Below are positions 17,938-29,663 of a DNA stretch of 64,000 nucleotides, in pieces. Position 1 is the stretch's first letter, and each line of letters starts with the position of its first letter. Source of the stretch: Candidatus Zixiibacteriota bacterium. Its GTDB lineage: Bacteria > RBG-13-66-14 > B26-G2 > WVWN01. The notes below the pieces were generated by a model. The model was not told the DNA's origin and ran no database searches. It worked only from the letters and a program-made list of their open reading frames with translations. The stretch spans positions 18,108 through 82,107 of the forward strand of contig JASFLY010000008.1 of NCBI GenBank assembly GCA_050117845.1, in the 5' to 3' direction. Both the position numbers and the translations under genes were made by a program.

Positions 17938-19025
17938 CAGTCGAAGTCCCCTTCAAGAATGCCGTCGCCGGCCGGGATGTCCCGCGTCGCGCGGCGGCCC
18001 TCGACCCGGCCTATCTCGAAGGGGTTCATCCCCGGCGGGTTCTTCCCGGGACGGAGGATGTCGACGTTTTCGCCCTCGCGCAATACGTCGCCGGCGGCGA
18101 CGCGGCGGATGGCCTGGATGCCCCGCACGCCGTAGTGGCGAAGCTCCTCCTCGGCCTCCTGGGTTTTCTTCTCGCCGGTCCCGCGCATCTTCTCCACTTC
18201 CCGGATAATGCGAACCATGGCGGCCAGCTCGTCCGGCTCGACGGCGTATGCGTGGTCGGGGCCGGGGAGGTTGCGGTCGAGGGTGAAGTGCTTCTCGACG
18301 ACGCGGGCGCCGAGGGCGACGGCCGCGGCCGGCGCGGCCAGGGGGTCGCGGGAATGGTCGGACAGGCCGGCCTGAACGCCGAACATCTCGGCCAGCCGCG
18401 GGATGGCGCGCACGTTCACGGCCTCGGGCGGCGCGGGGTAGGCGGCGGTGCATTGCAGCAGCGCGATGGGCGCGTCGGACGACGCCCGCACGAGATCGAC
18501 GGCCCGCTGGATGTCGGCGTATGTGGCGGCGCCGGTCGACATAATGAGGGGTTTGCCGGTCGTCGCCAGGAACTCGAGAAGGCGGAGGTGGTTGAGTTCG
18601 TACGAGGCGGTCTTGTGGACGCGGACGTACGGATCGACCGCCCGGGCGTCGGCCACCGAGAAGGCGGTGGCCATGAACTCCAGGCCCCGCTCGGCGGCGC
18701 GGGAAGATAGGCCCGCAAGCATCTCGTACGGTATCTCGAGGCCGCCGATGATGTCGAGTATGTCCTCTTTGATGCCGGCCTCGGAGAGGTAATCGCTCGT
18801 TCCCGCCCCGGGGGCATATATGGTCTCGGCCCGGAACACCTGAAACTTGACGGCGTCGCAGCCCGCCCCGGCCGCGACGTCTATGAGCTCGTAGGCGCGC
18901 TCTTCGTCGCCGCCGAGGTTGCCGGCCCGCCAGTTCGACCCGGCCTCCCCGATTATGAAAACCGGCCGGTCCGGCCCGAAGGGGGCCGCGGCGTCCGGCC
19001 GGGCGTCGTTATTCCGTTGGTCCAT
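17937..19025 (-). CDS. N-acetylneuraminate synthase family (NeuB/PseI/SpsE) with C-terminal SAF domain
   Basis: DAVKFQ, HKTASYELNH, KPLIMSTG, LLQCTAAYP, GLSDHS, VEKHFTLDRNLPGPDH. Confidence 0.92.
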   Translation of the reverse strand: MDQRNNDARPDAAAPFGPDRPVFIIGEAGSNWRAGNLGGDEERAYELIDVAAGAGCDAVKFQVFRAETIYAPGAGTSDYLSEAGIKEDILDIIGGLEIPYEMLAGLSSRAAERGLEFMATAFSVADARAVDPYVRVHKTASYELNHLRLLEFLATTGKPLIMSTGAATYADIQRAVDLVRASSDAPIALLQCTAAYPAPPEAVNVRAIPRLAEMFGVQAGLSDHSRDPLAAPAAAVALGARVVEKHFTLDRNLPGPDHAYAVEPDELAAMVRIIREVEKMRGTGEKKTQEAEEELRHYGVRGIQAIRRVAAGDVLREGENVDILRPGKNPPGMNPFEIGRVEGRRATRDIPAGDGILEGDFD

Positions 19026-19029
19026 TTCC

Positions 19030-19806
19030 TTATTTGATGCCGAAATCCTTGAGGCCCGTCGCGATGCCGACGAGGTCGAGTTTTTCCGGCTCCTCGGTGA
19101 TGGCGGTCATGGCGCCGGAGTCGCCGTAATCCACGAGTTCCAGCGTTCCCTTCTCGTGCTCGGAGTACGCGATGCCGAAGACGGGGACGTCCTCACAGGC
19201 GTACGCGTAGCCGACCTCGCGGCCTCCCTTTTTGAGGATCAGCTTCTCGCAGGCGATTTTTTTGCCGCTCAACGTGTCGTACTTGACCGCGCCGGCCTCC
19301 ACGGCGTCCACGTCCGAGCCGCCGCCGAAGACCTCGTTCAGGTCCGGCCCCTGGCCGACGAGTTCGAGCGCCTCCTGCAAAAGCTGCAACTCCTGGAGCG
19401 GGAGTTCGACCGCCCGGTCCTCCCCGACTTTCACGATGAAGCGTTTCGATTCCTTCGTCAAGTCCTTGCCGCTCTCGAGGAAGGAGACGCGGTCGAGTTG
19501 GGGCACGAGGGCTTTGGAGATGACTTTGCGTTCGTCGCGTTCGGCTACGACCTCGAGCCAGAAGTACGTATCGCCCGAAACGTTCTCGCTCCCGGTCAAC
19601 GCGACGAAGACCTCGGACTCCTTGCCGCCCCGACTCATCAGGCGGTACTCGCACCAGCGGCCGACCTCCCACTGTCCCACGGCCTCGGTGAGAACTTCCT
19701 CGATCGGCGTGGGGGGCGGGAGTTCCTCCCCTTTATCGCAGGAACTGCATCCGGCGTAAATGAAAAGGGACGCCGGGATAACGAGTGCCAATAAGTAGCG
19801 GGTCAT
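19030..19806 (-). CDS. Hypothetical lipoprotein
   Basis: ATG 19806 after GGGAGG; MTRYLLALVIPASLFIYAGC lipobox. This is the 3' part of ORF-track 19030..20748. Confidence 0.75.
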   Translation of the reverse strand: MTRYLLALVIPASLFIYAGCSSCDKGEELPPPTPIEEVLTEAVGQWEVGRWCEYRLMSRGGKESEVFVALTGSENVSGDTYFWLEVVAERDERKVISKALVPQLDRVSFLESGKDLTKESKRFIVKVGEDRAVELPLQELQLLQEALELVGQGPDLNEVFGGGSDVDAVEAGAVKYDTLSGKKIACEKLILKKGGREVGYAYACEDVPVFGIAYSEHEKGTLELVDYGDSGAMTAITEEPEKLDLVGIATGLKDFGIK

Positions 19807-19823
19807 AATACCTCCCGGATTAT

Positions 19824-20825
19824 TTAACCGACGCCGAACACGTAGTGGCCTATGTAGAAACAGATGGCGCTTATTATCGCCGCCCCGGGGATCGTTAAAA
19901 ACCAGGTGATGACTATCTTGCGGGCCAGTGCCCAGCGGACGGCGTTGATGTTGGAGGTCGCGCCCACGCCCATGATGCCGGTCGCGATGACCTGGGTGGT
20001 GCTGATGGGGGCGCCGAGCCAGGAGTTGACGAATATGACCAAGGCCGACGCGGTCTCGGCGCTGAAGCCGTGAACCGGCTGCAGGCGGACCATTTGCGTG
20101 CCCATGGTTTTGATGATGCGCCACCCGCCGATTTGCGTCCCCAGACCCATGAAAAGCGCCGAGCCCAGTATGACCCAAACCGGAACGGCGAAGTCGGCCT
20201 GGATACCGGCTATCACGAGCGCCGCCGTTATCACGCCCATCGCGTTTTGGGTGTCGTTGGAGCCGTGGGTAAACGCCATGGCCGCGGCCGAGAATATCTG
20301 CGAGACGCGGAAGAACTTGTGGGCCTTCCGCGGCACCGCCCGGCGTGAGAGCCACATCACCCCCACCATGAAGAGGTACCCCACGACGAAGCCGGCGATG
20401 GGCGAGAGGACCATCGCCAGGACTACTTTTTTTATGCCGCCCCATTGCCAGACGCCGACGCCGTACGAGGCGGCGGCCGCGCCCATAAGGCCGCCCACCA
20501 TGGCGTGTGTGATGCTTATCGGTATCCCGAGGTAAGAGCACGCCGCGGACCACGTTATGGCGCCGATGAGGGCGAAGAGGAGGATCCAGAGATTGATTTC
20601 GGCCGGGTCGACGATGCCCTTGCCGATGGTCTTGGCGACGGCGGTCGTGAGGAACGCGCCCAACGTATTGAAGGCGGCGGCCATGAGGATCGCCTGCCAG
20701 GGCTTGAGGGCGCGAGTCGAGACCGTGGTCGCGATGGCGTTGGCGCAATCGTTTACGCCGTTAACGAAATCGTACGCCCAGGCCAGGACAATTATTACGC
20801 CGAGGAGGATATAGGTTTCGAGCAT
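19824..20825 (-). CDS. pit: Inorganic phosphate transporter, PiT family
   Basis: DFVNGVNDCANAIAT, HGSNDTQNAMG, GAPISTTQ. Confidence 0.93.
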   Translation of the reverse strand: MLETYILLGVIIVLAWAYDFVNGVNDCANAIATTVSTRALKPWQAILMAAAFNTLGAFLTTAVAKTIGKGIVDPAEINLWILLFALIGAITWSAACSYLGIPISITHAMVGGLMGAAAASYGVGVWQWGGIKKVVLAMVLSPIAGFVVGYLFMVGVMWLSRRAVPRKAHKFFRVSQIFSAAAMAFTHGSNDTQNAMGVITAALVIAGIQADFAVPVWVILGSALFMGLGTQIGGWRIIKTMGTQMVRLQPVHGFSAETASALVIFVNSWLGAPISTTQVIATGIMGVGATSNINAVRWALARKIVITWFLTIPGAAIISAICFYIGHYVFGVG

Positions 20826-20855
20826 CCGTTTTGGTTATTAATATAAAGGGAAGGG

Positions 20856-21485
20856 TTAGGCGTTTTTTACGATAACGCCGTCGACGATGTTGGCCACGTC
20901 CTCGCAGCGGTCCGTGGCGCCCTCCAGTACCTCGAGAATTTCTTTGTATTTAATTATCGTAACCGGGTCCTTCTCGCTGTTGAGGAGGTTGGCCAGGGCG
21001 TTGCGGCAGAGGTGGTCCGCCTCTTCCTCGATGCGGTTGATTTCGAGGAGGTGGGGTTTGACGTCGGGGAATCGCCGCAGACTTCGGACGGCCTTCTCCA
21101 CGTTCTTGGTCGCCTCCAGGATAAGCTCGGCCACGACTATGACTTCGTGGCGGAGGCCGTCCAGTTCGTAGAGGCTGATTTTATGGCCGGCGACCTCGAT
21201 GTAGTCGATTATCTCGTCCAGCGCGCAGGCGAGGGCGTGAATGTCGCCGCGTTCGATAGGCGTCACGAAGGAACGGTTGAGCGTGTCGATTATGCCGTGG
21301 GTGACGTCGTCGCCGCGGTGCTCAAGCGCCTTTATCTTGCGCGCGGTATGGGCGGCGTTGGGGATGTCCTTCACGAGGTTCGTAAGCTCGGCCGCGGTCT
21401 CGACGGACAGCGACGCGAGTTCGGTGAACATGTCGAAGAACTGCTCCTCGCGCGGCACGATTTTAAAGAGTCTAAAACGCATCAT
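20856..21485 (-). CDS. DUF47 / PhoU-like phosphate transport regulator
   Basis: LEHRGDDVTH, FVTPIERGDI, IEEEADHL, ATDRCEDVA; upstream of pit. Confidence 0.9.
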   Translation of the reverse strand: MMRFRLFKIVPREEQFFDMFTELASLSVETAAELTNLVKDIPNAAHTARKIKALEHRGDDVTHGIIDTLNRSFVTPIERGDIHALACALDEIIDYIEVAGHKISLYELDGLRHEVIVVAELILEATKNVEKAVRSLRRFPDVKPHLLEINRIEEEADHLCRNALANLLNSEKDPVTIIKYKEILEVLEGATDRCEDVANIVDGVIVKNA

Positions 21486-21502
21486 GGGACCCCGGTAATG
21501 GG

Positions 21503-22039
21503 TTAGAGAAGATGGCCGGCTTCCAATTCGCGGTAGAGCTTGCGGAAGCGGTCGCACACGAACTTCCGTTTAAGCCGGGAAAGGTGGTCGATGAACAGGA
21601 CGCCGTTGAGGTGGTCGATCTCGTGCTGGAGCGCCCGGGCGGCCATGCCCTCGGCCTCGAATTCCCGTTCCCGGCCCTTGGTGTCCACGTAGCGGACGAC
21701 GACCCGCGACGGCCGGGCCAGCGGCGCGGCGACCGACAGGAGGCTCAGGCAACCTTCCTCCTCCGTCTCGGTTTCCTTGGAGCACTCGACTATCTCGGGG
21801 TTGAGTAGTACGGTGTCGGCGCCTTCGGGCAGGATGGAGGGGTGGATGATGATAATGCGTTTCAGGACGCCGATTTGCGGCGCGGCCAGGCCGGCGCCGC
21901 GGTGGGCGATCATGACCTGGGCCATCGCCTCGACGACGCGGGCTTCGTCGGGGCCGAACGCCTCGACGAGGGCCGATTTCTCACGCAAGACTTCGTCGTC
22001 CAGGTAGCACAGCTTCCGTTTTACTTCTTCTTCATCCAC
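21503..22039 (-). CDS. def: Peptide deformylase
   Basis: GAGLAAPQIG, EEGCLS, QHEIDHLNG. Confidence 0.95.
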   Translation of the reverse strand: MDEEEVKRKLCYLDDEVLREKSALVEAFGPDEARVVEAMAQVMIAHRGAGLAAPQIGVLKRIIIIHPSILPEGADTVLLNPEIVECSKETETEEEGCLSLLSVAAPLARPSRVVVRYVDTKGREREFEAEGMAARALQHEIDHLNGVLFIDHLSRLKRKFVCDRFRKLYRELEAGHLL

Positions 22040-22106
22040 CGTTGCCGAAGGATAGCACGCCCCCGCCGGGGGGTCAAGGCGTAACGTTTGGGGCCGGCGG
22101 GACGGT

Positions 22107-22928
22107 TCAGGGGAGGAGTTCCAGCCGGTCGAGGCGGAACTCCCGGCGGCCTTCGCTCTCGTGGCAGTACGCGACCACGTAGCATTTACCGCCGCGGGCT
22201 TTGAATTTGAGGGGTGTTATGGAGCGCTCGGTCTCGCCCCGGCTTCCCCGATAGCGCACCGGCCGGCTCTCCCCGGCGGCGGCCGCCCACTCCAGCGCGA
22301 CCACGGCCGCGGCGTCCACGTCCGGCGAGGCCGGCATGCCCCGCGAGAGTAGCGCCAGGTCGCCCACGGTCTCGGCCTCGCGCCGTTCCCGGGCGGCCTC
22401 GAGAAACGTCAGGAGGAACTGGCTCTCCACCGCGACGTCGCCGAGCGAGCGATGGGGCGCGGGGTTGGAGACGGCGAACGCGTCCGCGAGGCGGCCCAGG
22501 CTGTGGCTGCGCTGTTCGGGGTAGAAGTGGCGGGCCAGGCCCAGGAGGTCGACGGTGGCGCTGGGCACCGGCGGCAGACCGAGTTCGGCCGCCGCGGCCA
22601 CGACGAACGACATGTCGAAGGGGAGGTTATGGGCGACGAGGACCGCGTCGCCGGCGTAGTCCAGAAAAGCGGGGAAGGCCTCGGCGAGGGGGGGCTCGCC
22701 GTAAAGGTCGCCGTCCGTGAGGCCGTGGACGGCGGTCGCCTCCGCGGGCACCGGGACGCCGGGGTTCACCAGCGTCAGGAAGTGGCCGGTGGGCCGGCCG
22801 CCCCGGAGCGTCAAGGCGCCTATCTCGACGATGCGGGCGCCGCGCGCGGGTTTGAGGCCCGTGGTCTCGAAGTCGAAGACGACGAAGGTCGCCTCGGCCA
22901 GCGGCGTGTCGTACGGCGCGGAGGGCAT
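22107..22928 (-). CDS. DEDDh 3'-5' exonuclease (DnaQ-like) fused to a C-terminal WYL domain
   Basis: VFDFETTG, AHNLPFD, HRSLGD; C-terminal VRYRGSRGETERSITP...VVAYCHESEGRREFRLDR. Confidence 0.85.
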   Translation of the reverse strand: MPSAPYDTPLAEATFVVFDFETTGLKPARGARIVEIGALTLRGGRPTGHFLTLVNPGVPVPAEATAVHGLTDGDLYGEPPLAEAFPAFLDYAGDAVLVAHNLPFDMSFVVAAAAELGLPPVPSATVDLLGLARHFYPEQRSHSLGRLADAFAVSNPAPHRSLGDVAVESQFLLTFLEAARERREAETVGDLALLSRGMPASPDVDAAAVVALEWAAAAGESRPVRYRGSRGETERSITPLKFKARGGKCYVVAYCHESEGRREFRLDRLELLP

Positions 22929-22967
22929 AAAAAAGGCCCGGCGGAACCGGGCCTGCTCGGGAGTTAT

Positions 22968-25127
<2,160 letters not shown>

Positions 25128-25291
25128 CTACTTTGTCGTATTATTTGCTTCGAGGCGTTTTTATTACGGAATTATAAGATATTTACGGTGAAAAAGCAAT
25201 TAAAAAGCCGGCGAAACCCGGCCGAATTGCGCGCCGTAATTTACTGATAATATTATATTAATGGAGACTCGCGTATTCCGCGGGAGGGCGT

Positions 25292-26404
25292 TTACGGGGC
25301 TGGGGGCCGCGGGGCCGTTTCGGCGCCCCGGATCCGGCCTTCGGATATATTTATCGTGACGTCAGGTTTTAGCCACGGGGGGATTGTGGTCGCCGTGAAC
25401 CAGGTCTGGCCGGCCCCGGCGAGGACCCGACCCAACCGTTCCCGGCGGCCGGAGTCGAGTTCGGAGCCGACGTCGTCGAGGAGGAGGAGCGGCGGGTCGT
25501 CTCCCCGTTCCCGGGCCTGGAGGCGGTACTGGGCCACGCGGAGCGAGAGGGCCGCCGTCCGTTGCTGGCCTTCGCTCGCGAAGCGCCGGGCGTCCCGCCC
25601 CTTGACGGCTAACGCCAGGTCGTCGCGGTGGGGGCCGACGAGCGTCAGGCCCCGGCGCCGCTCGTCGTCGCGGCGGCGGCCCAACTCCTCGTGGTACGCG
25701 GCGGCGACGTCCTCATCGTCGCCCTCGGCCGGAACGCCCGGCTCGTACGACACGTCGAAGGCTTCCTCCTGGGGCGCGAGGTCGCGGTAGGCCGCGGCGG
25801 CGGCCGGCCCCAGCGTCGCGGCCCCGCGGGCCCGAAGGCCCGTCAGGTGCGCGCCCGCCGCAACGAGCTCGTGGTCGAAGGGCTCTACCTCGGCCGAGGG
25901 GGCCCCCCGGGCCAACAGCGCGTTGCGTGAGCGGAGGACCGCCGTGTAGCGCTGCAGCGTGAACAGATAGTCCCGGCTCTGCTGGCCCAGCCATACGTCC
26001 AGGAAGCGGCGCCGCGCGGACGGGTCGCCCTTGACGAGACCTAGGTCCCCGGGCGAGAAAGAGACGACCGCCAGCGTGCCGACGTAATCGATAAGGCGGC
26101 CGAAGGTTTCGCCGTTGACGGCCACGCGCTTGCGGCCGCCGTCGTATTCGAGCTCAAAGGTGCGTTCGCCGTCGGGGGCGCCCGCTTCCGCGCGGACGGC
26201 GAGGGCGTCCTCGCCCCGGCGGACGAGGTCGCGGTCGCGGCTGGTGCGGAAGGACCGGCCCAGCGCGAGGAAGAAGAGGGCTTCGAGGAGGTTGGTCTTA
26301 CCGGCGCCGTTGGGGCCGGTTATCAAAATCAAACCGGGCGGCGCCTCGACGGTCGCCTCCCGGTAATTGCGGAAATTTTTTAAGTATAGCTCGGTAACGA
26401 ACAA
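25292..26404 (-). CDS. recF: DNA replication/repair protein RecF
   Basis: NFRNY, GPNGAGKTNLLEA, GPHRDDL, SEGQQRT, LLLLDDVGSELD. Confidence 0.95.
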   Translation of the reverse strand: MFVTELYLKNFRNYREATVEAPPGLILITGPNGAGKTNLLEALFFLALGRSFRTSRDRDLVRRGEDALAVRAEAGAPDGERTFELEYDGGRKRVAVNGETFGRLIDYVGTLAVVSFSPGDLGLVKGDPSARRRFLDVWLGQQSRDYLFTLQRYTAVLRSRNALLARGAPSAEVEPFDHELVAAGAHLTGLRARGAATLGPAAAAAYRDLAPQEEAFDVSYEPGVPAEGDDEDVAAAYHEELGRRRDDERRRGLTLVGPHRDDLALAVKGRDARRFASEGQQRTAALSLRVAQYRLQARERGDDPPLLLLDDVGSELDSGRRERLGRVLAGAGQTWFTATTIPPWLKPDVTINISEGRIRGAETAPRPPAP

Positions 26405-26424
26405 CCCGGCTCACCGGCCCGCCG

Positions 26425-27519
26425 TTATAGCTTTATCGGCATCAGGATGCAGTAGTGGTTCTCGTCGCCGCTGCCGCGGAACGCCCCCTGCTTGGCCGGG
26501 TCGTTGAGCTGGTAGATTATGTCGTCGCCCTCGAGGGTGGCCGCGATTTCGTGGACGAAGGCCGGGTTGTAGCTAACCTTGAACTCCTCCCCCTCGTAGA
26601 TGCAGGGGAGCGGTTCGCGGGCCTCGCCGACCTCGGCCGTCTTGGCCTCGACCTCGAGTTGGTTCTTGCCGACGGTCATGATGATCTGACGGTTGTTATC
26701 GTCGCACATCAGCGCCATACGGTCGACGACGTCGAGGAAAAGACTCCGGGCCACACGCACTTCCTTCTCGAAGGATTGCGGCACGACCTCGCGGTAGGGC
26801 GGGAACTTGCCCTCGGCCTGGCGGGTGACGAAGCGGAAGCGGCCGCAGTCGAAGGAGATGTGATTCTCGCCGAACGCTATCTCCACCGGGTCCTCGGCGT
26901 CCAGCACCTTGGACAGCTCGCCCGCCGCCTTGCTGGGCAGGATAACGTCCACAACGCCGCCTATCTCTATCTCGGTCTTGAGGGAGGTATAGGCCAGGCG
27001 GTAGCCGTCGGTGGCGACGAAGCGGACCTCGTTGCCCTCGGCCTGGATGCAGATGCCGTTGAGCGCGTAGCGCGTGACGTCCTCGGCCGCGGCGAAGAGC
27101 GTTTTCTTGATGAGGCTCTTGAGCGTGTCCTGTCCGAGCGTCAGCGTGTGCTCGGGCGCGACCTCCGGGAATACCGGGTAGTCGGAGGCGTCGAGGCCCA
27201 TGAGTTTGAACGTGGCCCGGCCGCCCTTGACGGTGGCCTGCGTGCCCTCGACCGATACCTCTACCTCGTCGGCGTCGAGGTGGCGCGCTATCTCGACGAA
27301 ACGTCTCGCCGGCAGCGTTAGCGACCCTTTGTCGGCCACGTCGGCGGCGACCCGCGTCCGGGCCCAGAGGTCGATATTGGTCCCGGTCAATTCGACGCCG
27401 TCGGCTTCGGCGACGAAGAGGAGGTTTCCTAAAATGGCGAGAGTGCTTTTGGGCGGGACGGCGCTTTGGGCGATGCCCAGGGCGTCCACCAATTCCTTGC
27501 GGTCACAGCTAAACTTCAC
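26425..27519 (-). CDS. dnaN: DNA polymerase III beta sliding clamp
   Basis: LTGTNIDL, VATDGYRLA, GKFPPYREVVP, YCILMPIKL. Confidence 0.96.
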   Translation of the reverse strand: MKFSCDRKELVDALGIAQSAVPPKSTLAILGNLLFVAEADGVELTGTNIDLWARTRVAADVADKGSLTLPARRFVEIARHLDADEVEVSVEGTQATVKGGRATFKLMGLDASDYPVFPEVAPEHTLTLGQDTLKSLIKKTLFAAAEDVTRYALNGICIQAEGNEVRFVATDGYRLAYTSLKTEIEIGGVVDVILPSKAAGELSKVLDAEDPVEIAFGENHISFDCGRFRFVTRQAEGKFPPYREVVPQSFEKEVRVARSLFLDVVDRMALMCDDNNRQIIMTVGKNQLEVEAKTAEVGEAREPLPCIYEGEEFKVSYNPAFVHEIAATLEGDDIIYQLNDPAKQGAFRGSGDENHYCILMPIKL

Positions 27520-27612
27520 CGTGGCCTCCCATCGGATATTGAAAGGATTAACGCGTACGTCGGATTGACTGAAAATACTAACACTTATCCGCTTCTATTG
27601 TCAAACGAATTG

Positions 27613-28491
27613 TTAAGGTTTCGCGCCGTGGAGTACCGCGGCCGTGAGGTCGTCCACGGCTTTGGTCAGCGCCTCGGTCACGTCGTCGTCCCGCTCCACC
27701 TTCAAGCGGCCCCTCAGCGCGTCCATGGCCCGCATATCGCCGATGGCCGCGAGGCTCTCCGCCGCGGCGATTCGGATCTCCGGCTTCTTGTGGTCCAGAG
27801 CCTCGCACAGCGGCCGCACCGCCCGGTCGTCCGTGACGACGCCCAGCGCCTCCGCCGCCGCGAGACGGACCTTCCACTTCTTGTCCTCCGTGAGACGCGC
27901 TATAAGGGGCTCGACCGCGGCCCGGTCGCCGTAGGCCGCCGCCGCGGCGCAGGCCCGAACGCGGACCTCCTCGGCCTCGTCGCCCAACGCGTCGAGCAGC
28001 GGCCGGAAGGCCGCGTCATCCCGCAGGCGCCCCAGCGCGTAGGCGGCGGTCGCCCGGCGCCGCGACTTCTTGTCGCCGGACAGGACCTCGACCAGTCGCT
28101 CTCTGAGCGCATCCGATTTAAACGGAAGTAACGCGTCGGCGGCGGCCCAACGCACGTCGTCGTCCCCCAGGACGGTCAGGAAGCTCGCGGCCGCGCGGGA
28201 GTCGCCGGTACTCTCCAGCGCCCGAATCGCCGCCACGCGGACGGCCGCGTTCAGGCCGTCGTTCTCGACGGCGCCGGACAGCGCCGCGAACGCGACCTCG
28301 CTGCCCTCGAGTCGGGCCAGGGCCCCCGCCGCCTCGACGGCGTACGCGGTGTCGTCGCTCGTAAGGGCCGCGGCCAGCCGGTCGGCCCCCCAGCTCGGGT
28401 CGGGCGGGCCCCCCTGTCCCCAGGCCGCCGTTGCCCCTAATACCCCGAAAAATATAGTCGTTACGCGTTTCACTTCCATCACCGGCCGCAT
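27613..28491 (-). CDS. Exported HEAT/PBS-lyase repeat protein
   Basis: Signal-peptide-like N-terminus; repeats of VRxAAAxALG. Confidence 0.8.
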   Translation of the reverse strand: MRPVMEVKRVTTIFFGVLGATAAWGQGGPPDPSWGADRLAAALTSDDTAYAVEAAGALARLEGSEVAFAALSGAVENDGLNAAVRVAAIRALESTGDSRAAASFLTVLGDDDVRWAAADALLPFKSDALRERLVEVLSGDKKSRRRATAAYALGRLRDDAAFRPLLDALGDEAEEVRVRACAAAAAYGDRAAVEPLIARLTEDKKWKVRLAAAEALGVVTDDRAVRPLCEALDHKKPEIRIAAAESLAAIGDMRAMDALRGRLKVERDDDVTEALTKAVDDLTAAVLHGAKP

Positions 28492-28626
28492 TGTGGCAAT
28501 ATTTCGCGTTCAAGTCAAGCGGAACGTGGCCCCGGCGGTTTTTATGGGAAATCGGCGCTGGCCGCGCGGGGCCTGATGTCGTATAATATTAATATTGAAA
28601 CCCGTACGGCCCGGAAAGGAGCGACA

Positions 28627-29523
28627 ATGACCCCTAAAAACGACCTCGAAAAGAGGCTGCATCCGCACCTTTCGTTCATACTGAAGTACCGGCCTCCCGA
28701 TATGAAGAGGGGCGCGCCGCGGCCCAAGGAGCCCACGCCCCGGGGGCCGGACATGGTCCGCGCCGCCCGGGCGATAAGCAAGGCCGTGGCCGCGGGGGAC
28801 CTGTCCTACCGCGAGGCGGCCGAGTACCTCGCCGCCCACGAGAACGCCGGCGTCCGCTTCGTCGGCGCGATAGTACTGGCGCTGGGCGGCCCCGTCGAGG
28901 CGTGGAAGTGGCACGTTGACCTGGCCGCGCTCCTCGCCGACGATGATAACTGGGAGGTGCGGGAGGCCGCCGTCTCCGCGCTACGGCCCCTCGTCGAGAC
29001 GGATTACGGCCGGGCGGTGAAGCTGTTCCGTCGATGGGCCCGGGGTAAGAACGTCAACCTCCAGCGCGTCGTCGCGCTCGGCGTAATGGTCGCGAATAAG
29101 CGGCCGTGGCCCGGGCCGATCGGCGACGTCTTCGATATCCTGGAGCCCTTGATGGCCGTGCGGGCGGAGTACGTGCGAAAGAACCTGGGGCCCTTCGCCA
29201 TCGGCTCGAGCATAGGCCGGCACTACCCGGGTGAAACCGTGGCCTTCCTCAAACGGATGATGCGGGCCCAGGAGGAACAGACCCGCTGGAACGTCGCGAT
29301 GGCGTTCAACCAGTCCTTCGGCGTCCACAATCCGGAACTGGCGCTGCCGTTTCTGGAGAAGCTCGCCGCGGACGAGAGCAAGTACGTCCGCACGGCGGCG
29401 GCGTCCTCTTTGCGGAACATAGGCCGGCGTCACCGGCGGCTGGTCAAACCCCTACTGAAAAAGTGGGCCGGCGACCCGAAGCGCCGGGAAGTGGCGGAGC
29501 GCGTAACCAAATTCTTAAAATAA
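28627..29523 (+). CDS. HEAT-like repeat protein, AlkC/AlkD DNA-alkylation-repair-like
   Basis: DDNWEVREAA, EYVRKNLG, DESKYVRTAAASSLRNIG. ATG 28627 after AAGGAG. Confidence 0.6.
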   Translation: MTPKNDLEKRLHPHLSFILKYRPPDMKRGAPRPKEPTPRGPDMVRAARAISKAVAAGDLSYREAAEYLAAHENAGVRFVGAIVLALGGPVEAWKWHVDLAALLADDDNWEVREAAVSALRPLVETDYGRAVKLFRRWARGKNVNLQRVVALGVMVANKRPWPGPIGDVFDILEPLMAVRAEYVRKNLGPFAIGSSIGRHYPGETVAFLKRMMRAQEEQTRWNVAMAFNQSFGVHNPELALPFLEKLAADESKYVRTAAASSLRNIGRRHRRLVKPLLKKWAGDPKRREVAERVTKFLK

Positions 29524-29541
29524 ATAAACGTCCAATATCCG

Positions 29542-29570
29542 AACGCCGCCCCCTCGGGCGGCGTTTTTTT
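29542..29570 (+). terminator. Intrinsic terminator
   Basis: AACGCCGCCC-CCTC-GGGCGGCGTT followed by a T run. Confidence 0.75.
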
Positions 29571-29663
29571 ACGAAAATACGAAAATAAATAAAAATAATC
29601 CACGCATATGCTTGACGGCAGTTCGCATATGGTGCTATATAATTAGGAGAAGGAGGCAACGCG

